DNA of 44,983 nucleotides from Blastocystis sp. subtype 4 (Eukaryota). This document shows positions 34,028 to 44,983 of this stretch, piece after piece (within the stretch, counting starts at the first letter, position 1; each line of letters opens with the position of its first letter). The translations under genes and the position numbers were made by a program. Under the pieces are notes generated by a model that had not been told where the DNA came from, did no database searches, and saw only the letters and a program-made list of their open reading frames with translations. The stretch covers positions 1 to 44,983 of the forward strand of contig NW_014569495.1 of the NCBI RefSeq assembly GCF_000743755.1. Reading direction: 5' to 3'.

Positions 34028-37000
34028 ATGTCAATCCGAGTATTTGATGTATTCCGACTAGTGACAATCTCCAAAAACAAGATTACTGCAATTGCTACAG
34101 ATGCAACACACATCTACATATCCTGTAAAGATGGAAAACTCATGGTGTTCGAGATGACAAATTGTAGACCAATTGGTTCTTCTATTATTCGTAGCGGCCG
34201 ATCTTCAATTCACAGAACGACAATCAATTCCATTGCTCTCTGGAATGAAAAAGGGAGCAGTTATGATGAAGTGCGTGATGAAATGGAATCGACTCTTTGT
34301 TCTCAAAGATAAACTCTATGTATTGTTTTCTTGTTATCATCATCCTTAGATACATGACTTGAATGATATTTCTAAATATACATATTTACCCAATTCCAAT
34401 GGTTGTTCTCTCTTTGTTATTGATGAAGTTCGTAAGGTCGTAGTCGCTGCCTGCAAAAAGAAACTTCTCGTCTACTCACTAGGCGAAAATACAGCGCAAT
34501 CGTTGACAAAAGAAATTCCTCTTTCAGGTGTGTCGTTTCGGTCTAACAATATCTGTAGATACAATTCAGTGTATGGATTTCTTGAATTCCCTTCTATTCG
34601 TCGGTCTGAATAAGGAGTACATTCTTGTAGATATCGTGCAAGGACGTTCCTGTAAACAGATCTGTTCGATTAACAAGGGAACCAAAGTTCCCTTTTGCGT
34701 TCCCATCGAACAAGAAGGCATTGGAGATGAGAATGAGAATCACGAACAAGGTGAAATGCTTCTAGCAAACGACCGAAAGGGTCTCTTTTATGATTTCGTA
34801 GGGTCTCCAGCCCGAGGAGTACTTCTCATCTTTAATCTTCATTTATAGAAAGGACAGAATCTGGATTGGTCTTCAGATGCAGTAAGTGGAATCTATCTCT
34901 GTCCTTATCTTCTTGCCCTAGTCACAACAGGAATCGAGATCCATAACTCATGGCGCTATCAACGGATTCAGGTATACATTGTCTAGTTTCTCTAATCATT
35001 TGACAATTGATTTTCCTTCTCCTCTAATGATGGTTTCTGCTCACTTCATTTCTGGCGATGATCATAGTAAGATTTTGTTGTTTGTCCTCATTAGTAGTTG
35101 ATGGAGCTGTTGTCTGCTCACAAACATCTGTAATCATAGTTCGAATGCAATCTCTTTCAGAACAAGTCATAATTTGATGTCAAATTCATATCTAGATTTC
35201 TACACTTATTTCCAAGGATTACAATTGTTTTGATGATGCTCTAACACTTTGTAGTCTATTCCCACGGGGAAAAGAACGAATTCGAGATCAATTCAAAACG
35301 GAGATTTCTCGTTTAAAAGGCTATTATCTGTTTAGTCAAGGGAAATATGACAATGCTATCAAATATCTCCACAAAGGTGCGATTCCTATTCGTCGTGTTC
35401 TTTCTCTTTATCCCTTCCTTGTTCCTGAGGACTTGCCTGTTAACATGTCTTTCACATCATTTTCGCTTAGTTCTAGATCTCCTTATCCTCAACGTGTTTT
35501 TGCGTCTACATATGAAGAGAATTCTGCTGTTGAGGCTTTAATGCCCCTTCTGAATAGTCGAAGACAAGAATTACTAATCAAGCTTAATCAACTTGAAACT
35601 CTAAGCAAAGGTTCCAATGGTGAGATTGATGGAACACCTGAAAACTACAGTTCCATGATTCAATTTACCATGGATTCGGAAGACGAAGTGTCGGTTCGCA
35701 ATGATCTCAAGTTGATTGACTATGTACAAATCTTATCTATTTTGTGAATCTAGGTTTTGTTGCGAGCTTACATTCGTATCAATCGTAAAGCAATCATTCC
35801 CTTTCTACGCGGTGTGAATTTCTGTTCATTTGAAGACAGTCAGAAGCTATTAGCAGAAGCAGGAATGGAACCTGAGCTTATCTCCCTCTATTCAAGTCAT
35901 CACAAGCATGAAATGGTGAGAATCTCCCTTTGGAACTCATTACAAGGCAATCTCTCAGATCCTCACTCCTTTACGAGATCCAAATCTCCCTTCTGCTGAT
36001 CGCAAGCAGCGTCTTCAGGATTTGATGCACTATTTACAGCAATTGGGAAGCGACTATCAAAACCTGATCTTTGACTGCAGTCGTATGTTCTACAAGGAGT
36101 CACGACAGTTGGTGTTGGAGTTATTTGTGGGTTATGCACCTACTGATGGAGGAGAAGCTATTAGCAATCAAGCGATCATGGAGCATCTGAAGGAGCTTTC
36201 AGAGAATGATACGCAGTTAGAGAATGAGTGGGAGAAAAATGCTCTCGAGATTACTTTCCTTCGCAATCTGATTTGGGAAAAGAAGGAGACTGGTAGTATG
36301 TATCACACAGAACTTGTGTTTCTCTACACCAGCTCTATCTCCAGCCTAGAAAAGTCTTTGAACCAATTGGAGAGTAGGTGAGGGAACGAAGTTTGATGGA
36401 TAGCCAAGAAGCAGGAGGTGGAGACAGAGCGAGAGAGAAATGCTGAGTTCGCTTCTGCTGAGGATGGATTGGCATTGTTGATCTCACAACGGAGAGAACT
36501 CCTCCTTCGTTCGAAGAAGGAACTATTGGAGTTCCTGGAGCTATCCGATTGCTATGATGCCACAGACATCCTACAGAAGCTCGATACAAATGAGTTCCTA
36601 GAAGAGCGTGCAGTATGTTTTTGTGATTCTTTCTCAATTAGATCATCCTTTCTAAGCTTGGTGAGTATCTCAATGCATTGGAAATCATCGCTCATCAAAT
36701 GGGGAATGTTGATATGGCTGAAGCCTACTGTCAGAAGATATTCGTATCAGGGAAGAATCCCAACATATTTTTGCATTTGATAAAAACGTACCTATTTCCT
36801 CCTCCTACATCAACACTATCAAATGAAGAGAGTATTCAGTTGGCTCTTCGTGTCTTTGGTAATCACGTTGAGTAGGATTCGAAGAATGTTATGATGGAAT
36901 AGCAAACTAGATCCAGTTGAGGTAATCGGACTTCTTCCTGACTCTATCTCTCTAGAAAGCGTTCTTATGGTGTATTTGATTGATTCGTAGATGATTGACA

Positions 37001-37254
37001 GTCTTGAAATTCTTCTCACACGATTGGATGAGAAACAGCGAACAGTATTGATGATTCGGAAGCTAGCAGAACTCCGTCGAATTGATGTTGGCCATGAGTA
37101 TCAGAACATGCGGAATATGTCGTTTGAGAATACAACCACCACAACTTGTCCTGTCTGTAAACGGTTAATTGGAGATTCTGTGTTTATATGGAATCCTAAT
37201 GGTGTTGTGATCCATGCAGCTTGTGCAAAGACTACATTTTCGCTTGTTTCTTAA
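34028..37254 (+). CDS. VPS39: Vps39/Vam6 family HOPS subunit (CNH propeller, alpha-solenoid, C-terminal zinc finger)
   Basis: ITAIATDATHIYISCKDGKL, VVVAACKKKL, LFVGLNKEY, YLQQLG, YHTELVFLY, LLEFLELSDCY, FLEERA, AEAYC, CPVCKRLIGDSVFIWNPNGVVIHAAC. A Vps3/TGFBRAP1 paralog is not excluded. The true end may be T37240 via poly(A). Confidence 0.82.
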
Positions 37255-37277
37255 CATGAATGTGAATCACAAACACA

Positions 37278-38078
37278 TCATTTAAAGACGGAATTCATAA
37301 AGTTAACATGGAAATCGTTGCGAATTGTATCATTAATGAACCGTTTCTTCCTCTTCTCGGTTTTTCCCTGATTGAGAAATAGAACATCGTCATCCCATCG
37401 CCTCTTCAGTGTAGAGTCCTCCGAGGAAAACATCAACGGGTTGGAATGCAACATCTCTTCTCGGTTTAATGCAGCTTCCATCTGGGCCTTTTCCTCTGCC
37501 TATGGATGATAGGAATCTGTCACTTCAACCTCCTTCTGGCGAGCCAGCTCCTTTTCCTTTTTCACTCGAGCTAACTCAGCCATCAACAAAGCATCTTCAT
37601 CCTCCCTACAGATTACCTTCTCATGCTCATTTCTACGATTCAGATTCCTCAGAAGATGATGAAGCACTATCGCTCTCATCAGAGTCATCAAAATCTCCAA
37701 AATCGTCATCTTTCTGTGGTTCTGGCTCCTGGAGTGCCAGAGGAAGCTCTTTTTTCTCTTCCTTCTTTTCTTCCTCTTCTGAACATTATTACCCAATCCC
37801 CTATCATACTTGGCTTTGTCTTCACGTCTCCAGGTGCTTTAATTTCAGGAATCACTTCTCTAGACCCTTCAATTCAAAAACACGAAACATACCTCATCTT
37901 TAGGTTTAGATGTCCAGGAAGGTCTTTTGCCGAGAAGTGCATACTTAGACTTCCTACGCAATTCAAACCAGTTCCATCATTGCTCACCTCCCGTCAGGTA
38001 TCCTCCTGCGGTGATATTTCCATTTCCAGAAGATCGGCCAGCGGCTGGTGACCACGTTGGTTTGTGTGCAGTGGACAT
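37278..38078 (-). CDS. CWC15: Pre-mRNA splicing factor CWC15/Cwf15
   Basis: MSTAHKPTWSPAAG, SAKDLPGHLNLKMR, DEDALLMAELARVKKE, NPLM, LKRRWDDDVLFLNQ, FINDTIRNDFHVNFM. Confidence 0.95.
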
Positions 38079-38119
38079 TACCGAATTCTGAACAAACAGC
38101 CTAATAAAAGATAAACAAA

Positions 38120-40047
38120 CTACAGCTTCTTTTGTTTCACTGCGTCGTCCCGTGCAGCTTGCAACTTTGCAAGATACACTTCATCGACACCTCCTGTAAT
38201 CTACCTATCACTTGTGCTGTTCATGCCTACATAAACACCATCAAAGCAGGAGCATTCAAACTGTTTCGGTCCAGGTCCGTCTACATCTCATCCTCCCTCA
38301 AAACCCTTACAAAGAGCTGCATCCATTACAGCTCGCTTCAAGTCATCCAACGTTTGATACACAACGTACTCCGCATCAATCATCTTAGCCACTTCCTGGT
38401 CTGTCCGATCATGAGCAATCAACTCGCAAGTCGTAGGCATATCAATGCCATACACATTACAAAAGCGGATAGGAGGAGCAGCCGAAGCCACAAACACATG
38501 CTTCGCTCCTGCAGCTCGAATTGCCTACAATGAAACACTCTCTTCATTCCTACATCCACCAACATGAAAGTAGTATTGCCTCGGACAATCGAATCATCCA
38601 CCACCAATACTGAGAGTCCCTTCACTGCATCCTATGCATCACTCAAATCAAGAATAACTACATGAATTGGATTATGCTTCACACGAATCGACTTCTGACG
38701 CATCTGCTGTGCCGGCATGATAAATGTACGAGCCACGTAACGATTCTTCGATAGACCCTCAATATACCGCTTGCCTAGAGCTGTAGCAATCTATTTCTCA
38801 TCCCCACTTTCCATTCCTACAGAGAGAGCCGTATGACGAGAGGTGTCGGGAACAGCCATCACCACATCCACCAGATCCTCTAGCTTCGGTAGATCAGCAT
38901 GGTATCCCTCATCCTTCTCATCCACCACCTGAACACGCTCGCCTGCATGAATCACACGCAGACGATGGATCCGATCGGCCAATCGCACACCCATCTGTAC
39001 ACGAGCCTCGTATACAGACGTATTATCGATCACCGAATCAGGACGAGCAAAATACACAAATTCAAAAATGCAAGTGTGAAGAGGCTGGGCCAGGGAGTCC
39101 ACATGTGTGTGCATTGTCATATTCATATCCATAAAAATAACTTCACCAGGACCCACATCACGCTCTCGATCGATACCTAGACTCTCCACGGCCACACTCT
39201 CTGAGGCAGCAGCAAACTCCAAAATATTGCCGTTCTCGTCTCGCTTCGTACCAAAGCATAAGGGACTACACATCAACCTTGCATAGCAAACCTACCGAAT
39301 ACCAAACGGATCACGGAAGGCAACAGCACCAACACCCTTGATCAACATAACTACAGCGTATCCTCCTCGAACTTGAGCCATCGTAGCATGTACAGCCTCA
39401 AAAATGACCTCAACCGATGGCATTGGCACTTTCTTTTCAGCCACACAGCGCTATGCGTAATCCTAGAGAACAGAATTCCTACACGATCAATTCGCTTTTC
39501 CAACTCCTCTGCAAAAATATTCAACAGCAATTCACTGTCCTAAATCTAACAGGAAGAAAGAAGAGCTACACTTGTAGTGTTGATACAGCGAAGGCTGTAA
39601 AGAAGCTTCTCCTGAAGCTCGTCACAATTAATAAGGTTTCCATTGTGAGCAAGCGAGATTCCATAACTACCTCTCATTTCCATCTCTCAACTATACGGAA
39701 AATTCGTGTAGAATGGTTGAGCCTCTCTGCTATCTGGAGATCCAGCAGTTGGGTAACGAACGTGTCCAATACCATAATAACCTGTCAACTTGGTTAGATT
39801 TGCCTGGTTGAACACTCTGTCACTCAAACCATCCTAATAGAACATACTCTGAGACCAAACCGTTGTCCTTCACAGTAAGTACCTGTTTATTATCACATGT
39901 AGTGATACCACAGGCATCTGCGACTCACTCAGGAAAACAAAACCTACCCTGACCACGATGCTGTAACATTGTCAAGGCAGTGTTAATTCCTTCAGCAACA
40001 TGAATACAACAGTCCGGATTCGTGAAATACAGAATAATTCCACACAT
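38120..40047 (-). CDS. purF: Amidophosphoribosyltransferase (glutamine PRPP amidotransferase)
   Basis: MCGII (Ntn Cys), [96 protein letters not shown]. Stop TAG at 38120-38122. Confidence 0.96.
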
Positions 40048-40174
40048 GATGTCTTGGATTAAAACAATATCAACGAGTTCGACCACATACAAGAGAATCA
40101 TGTTCCTCCGCCACATCGCATCAATTCCCGTTTTCCCGCATCCATTTCGTTTCTTACAATACAACAAACATCTC

Positions 40175-43100
40175 TTATTCACATATTATACAGGCTGCTC
40201 GCCCGCTCCAGAAGCACGTTTTGAACCGATTGTTGAAAACACAGTCATACAGATACAAACAATTCGGCTTCGAAATGGACATAGCAATAGAATGCTTTCT
40301 GCAACTTGCTGAGATGGTCATACTCATCGATCCCTCCACAATTACTCCGTCAATCGAATTAACCTCTTCTCCATCCCAAACAATCATCTGATGGTTCTCA
40401 TTCAATCCATACAAAAAACTACATCTCATATTCCATCACAGTCCTACATCTGATGACTCGTATTCGGCTTCTTCACAGTATCAGTAACAGCATACACGAC
40501 ACCCAATTGAGTATCTGGAGATACATGATAGACTCGGAGTGTGCCTTGCATGGTGAACTTCATAGTAGTTCCTTTTGTATCACATAATACAAAGTCTGTA
40601 TAACGGACACGTTCAGATTCCAGCAGGATTCGTACTGATCGAAGCAACGACGAATCATAATCCATACACAGTTGTGTCAAGGGCAAATAACCAAACTTCC
40701 TCTCTTTTTCGGAATGCCAGAAAACATAGACATATTTGAACAGTTCATGTAGATCTGTCTCCTTCCCATTGATATATCGGAGTGTCTCAAATGTGATCTG
40801 CAGTGTAGACCCAGCTTGAATCGATCCTGCCTGAAGTAATACCAATCGGTAATCCTCTTCAGCCTTAGTTTGTGTAAGTTTGAGCCGACCAATAGTCCTC
40901 CGATATAAGGTAAGCCAGAGAGGGATCAGAGACTCCAAAATGGCTGGATCGAGAGTCACTTGATAGAGGTCTGAAAGGGCATTGTGAGTGAGCAGGAGTT
41001 CAAGAGCTGAGTCTGATTCGCGTGCAATGGAGAGACGAGAGAATTTGGATGCTGGTGGCAGAAGCCAGAGAGGAGCAAAGATACAGAGTGAGATTGGACG
41101 TGATGATTGGATGGCTGCTGAGAAGAGAAGGGCCTTCCCTGCAGTGTGTTGTTTGTACTCACGGACTAGAAATGAAAGAGAGAAAGAAATCTCACCTTGA
41201 TTGAGAAGCTGACTGGATACCATCTGTGGAGGAGATGGTTGAGTATCATCAATATGAGATGACTGAACATGCAGAACCGAATCATCCACAACGAATTCAT
41301 ACACATATGAGGTAGTTCGAGTATAGAGAGAGTCTAATTGACTAGAATACACCACATCAAGACGTAATTCACTGTGAATCAATTCAATTCTTCATTCCTA
41401 CAAAGTATCACTCACATACACAAAGAATGGAATCTGGATTACACTCCCTGGTTGGAAGGGTAATTGTGAAGCCAACTCTTGAAATGCAGATTCATGATAC
41501 AACAGATAGGAAGGAGTAATATTGGTAGAAGTAGCAGGAAAAGAGATGAAACGATAGCCAGCTTCAGAAACCACTGTATCTCGTTGGATTTTGATAATCG
41601 TACTTACAGAGAATCCAGGCTTATTTCTAGCATTCACAAAAACATCCTGATTTACCCGTCATAGGTCCAAAGTCCATCCTTATACTCCCCCTTAATCAGT
41701 TTAATTTGAAGAGAAAGATCTCCAACACTTTCTGTCATGCATCGTAGTGTTACAACCATCTCATGAGCCTCTCCCTTGAGGAGTGGTTTAGGAGCTGCTG
41801 AGACAGTGATGGGAAGTTGAGGGAATGGGGGAATCACATTAACTAGTTGATTATCAGACATAAATCTTACTCTCAACAGGATCTGTTCCACCAGAATACA
41901 CATCACTCCAGATACTTCCTAAATGAACCTAGAATCAACCTCGGCAATCATTCATACACGAACTCCAGTAATACGCAACTCACCTGCGTGTTCTGGGATC
42001 AGATACATTCGTGTTGTGATCGTTGAACGAGCAGGAATATCGATCTGTCTCGCTACGATACAAGTAACCTCAGCACTTCCATGAAGAACTTCGAGTCGAT
42101 TCACTGTGATACCTGCAGGTAGAGGATTGAATAGTACAATATTCATTGTGTAAGTCTCCTTAGCAACCCAAATCAGTTTCTATCTATCAACTACGAAACA
42201 AGAACCAACATGTTTGGTTGGAGTTGATTTTCGTGATTTGAATGAAGGCATGAACATAAAAGTCTTATCCGTTGTCAAAGATCGTCTGAACCTTATTCTT
42301 CCCTTCATCACTTACTGTATAACAATACTGCCTGGATCGATACATTCAGCTTGAAGTGATACTAACTGAATAGGCAATGGAGCAATACTCTGCATTTAAG
42401 TAAAAGAGGAACTAATAACATGATAATCTTCAATCCCTGCACTGATGTCAAGTAATTCTCCAAGCAACTGATTTACAACCATCTCATTCTCGCTATTCAA
42501 GTAATTACAATAACAACAGAGAAGGAGAATAATGTGTTCAATTCGTAGATCTGTGAATCCAAGCACACGAACGCATTGAGACATATTCTGAAGGAGATGA
42601 TAAGCTAGTGAGGACCAAGAGATTGCTACAGATAAAGGATCAAAGAGAAAAAGACAATTTAGAATATGATGCTGACGAGCCACTCCATCCGCATCCTCTT
42701 CTGACTCCGAATCTGACTCCGAATCATTGAATGAACTTCTAAAGGAAGACGGAGAAAGAGAGACAGAAGAGGGAGAATGGATGAGTGAAGATGGAGTGAG
42801 CAAAGGAGAAGTGGGCAGAAGAAGCGAAGAAGCCTTCAGAGGTGACTTTTGGTACAAATTTTCCATCAATGTATTGTAGATAGAATAACAGAAAGACCAC
42901 TGATGTTGCGTCTCAGCATACTGTCCCAACTACATCACAATCCTTTCCATAACTCTACTCTATCCATAAATAGAAGCTTTTTTCGTCGAAATCCAAACTT
43001 CTCACAAAAGGCAATACATTGTAACAAAGGAGGTAACAATCTCTATTTTTTCATTCAATCCTCCTTTTACTACCTCATTCTGGAGTGTCATAATCTCATC

Positions 43101-44667
43101 AGCTTGAGACAAACTCTGTAATGCCATGATTCGTAATCGATATCCCACAAATTCACTATGACTCTCCACAGTAGCAATTTCATTCTCTGTTACCCCTAAT
43201 ACATCCAACAATAATTGAGGATAACGGTACTGTTTCAGGAATTGAAGAATTGTTAGATAAAATCGAACCAATTTGAAAGTAGTCTATGGATTATCCTTCT
43301 TGCTTACACTCACAGCCAGAGCTAGAACAGTATATCCTCCCTTGAGATAGTGAGATACAGCCTCATTCATCATACGTGTGACCTCTAGAAATGATCGAAA
43401 TAACACGAACGAACCCATAATCATGGTAGTAAGATGAGTAGCATTCTCAGGATGTTCAGCATAGTTACAGAGGAGACAACAACACTTCCCTTCGTTACAA
43501 GCTACGACATACTTCATATTCATTCATACCTGCTCCTAAATAAGGGTCTTTCTTTGCCTTCAATGATGCTGAACAGAACAAATCAACAGCCTTCTAGAGG
43601 TTATTTCAAGAGACAACATCCACCTTGTAATCACCCCAAAAGATGGACAAATAACCTTCTACCATCAGACTTCGAGAAGACTGTACACGAGGTTTATCTC
43701 GGAAGTTGTTACTCTCACCTGGAAGAACAATTCGCTGCTCGCAGGTACCATAGAGAAGTTGATAAGACCAATCACTCAGTTGTCGAATAGCACTTGCTGC
43801 AACATATTTATTTAACGATGTAAAGAAGAGATCAATCAGATCAGCTACAAATGCACTGTCAATGGCATTTGGGTTATTCTCTACAATCAGTGGAGCTTGC
43901 TCCATATGGTGACAATGCCTGGGAGACTGATTCCTAAAATGGAAGGAGAATGGCAATACTACGATAAGGAATTGGAAAATAGCAACATATCGTTCCCTAA
44001 ACAAATTGGAAGTTGATAAATCTCATCAAGTGTCTTCATTGACATCTTCTCATGAGAGCCTAAGGCAAATCCTACCGCAGACCCTTGAACATTGTGAGAT
44101 CGATTCTCCAGAATCTGGACCAAATGACTGTACTCTTGTTCGACTTCATCCCGAGTTAACGTATCAACAGACTTGAGCACAAGAAGGATCTGATATCGGA
44201 TATCTGGGTACTTACAGCATTCATGCTAAAATCAATTTACAAATAGACTCCCACTATAAACATCTTTTCAACAGCACTCATTTGTATTCCTTCACGCATA
44301 TCATAAACAAAAATCATTCCAAATGTCCGAAGATAAGGCTAGAATCATGAGAGAAGTCAAATCCCTACAAAGAATGTATCATAGACTGATGTAATCCCTT
44401 CATTGTAATTCGTCTGATTTGTTTGATACAAAATGTTGATTAGATTCGATGAATTCTCATTCGACTTGAACCCCGTTGCATAGACTTCAAATTCTGGCAA
44501 GTCCTGTAACATTACAGGACTAGATAATTAGAATGAAATCAAAAGAAAAACCCTCGATCGCTTAATTGGCGTTGAACTGAAACAACGACTTCTTCACGTG
44601 TGTTTCCAAGTGGAATAACATTCACTCGAAGAAATCGTTGTAATTCCAAAGACTGAAGGTATTCCAT
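40175..44667 (-). CDS. TRAPPC9/Trs120-like TRAPPII subunit
   Basis: N-terminal RVNVIPLGN, long helical region, then FMFMPSF...LIWVAKETYTMNIVLFNPLPAGITVNRL...LIPEHAGELRITGV and VNVIPPFPQL...LLKGE, typical of the Trs120 C-terminal Ig-like region. TAA at 40175-40177 followed by GAGA-TGTTTGTT. Confidence 0.7.
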
Positions 44668-44983
44668 TACGTGAATGTGAGTAAACGAAAAAGAGTGAAT
44701 CAAATGGAGAACGATTTGAAATGGTCCGATATGGACTTTGATAAGATTGTAAAGTCGAACTATTGTACAACATCCAAAAACCGTAATCATCATGAAACAG
44801 ATTATAAACTCATAGCAGAATCATATGCAAACTGAAGTACATACCTAGACTCTCTAACAAATGTGCAAAATGACAACGAAGTTGTATAGATGGGGTACAA
44901 ATTGAGTCCCTTGTCCTTTGCTGAACACATGCCATATCAAATCTGAACCCCCTGGATAGATTGTCGTTCACATTATTCCTTTT

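Noticed and set aside
1..44983. Fragmented ORFs as pseudogenes or an alternative genetic code
   Set aside because: The breaks I checked resolve with ~30-nt introns under the standard code and conserved motifs rejoin in frame; only two Vps39 junctions are exceptions.
44700..44983. Possible end of another gene at the right edge
   Set aside because: An open minus-strand frame of under 60 codons with no recognisable motif; cannot be supported.

Overview
Gene-dense eukaryotic nuclear DNA, very likely Blastocystis (anaerobic gut stramenopile). Evidence: most genes are split by ~29-34 nt GT-AG introns (hence the fragmented ORF track), intergenic gaps are often under 150 nt, and the Blastocystis 3'-end motif TGTTTGTT follows most gene ends. 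Manual splicing gives 18 genes: a partial secreted DSYGD-motif protein, GT31 galactosyltransferase, RWDD1-like, Mps1/TTK, Nup88-like, mitoribosomal mS33, an unknown helical protein, a DENN(+PDZ-like) protein, a USP53/54-like DUB with a long PQY tail, a NEF1-like membrane protein, Vps15, a USP4/11/15-like DUB, a Pep12/Syntaxin-7-like SNARE, an AAAP amino-acid transporter, a Pro/Ser-repeat protein (possibly Mon1-like), Vps39, CWC15, PurF and TRAPPC9. No rRNA, tRNA, mobile element or CRISPR array was seen. The most interesting signals concern RNA processing: (1) stop codons apparently completed by polyadenylation (known in Blastocystis); (2) five or six genes whose genomic TGA/TAG sits in the register where cleavage would leave only the T, so poly(A) would rewrite it to UAA; (3) palindromic, bidirectional 3'-end motifs at convergent junctions; (4) two 40-41 nt AT-AC (U12-type) introns; (5) one or two 31-nt Vps39 introns that seem to need non-canonical TG acceptors. 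All gene names come from recalled family motifs, not database searches, and gene models were spliced by eye.
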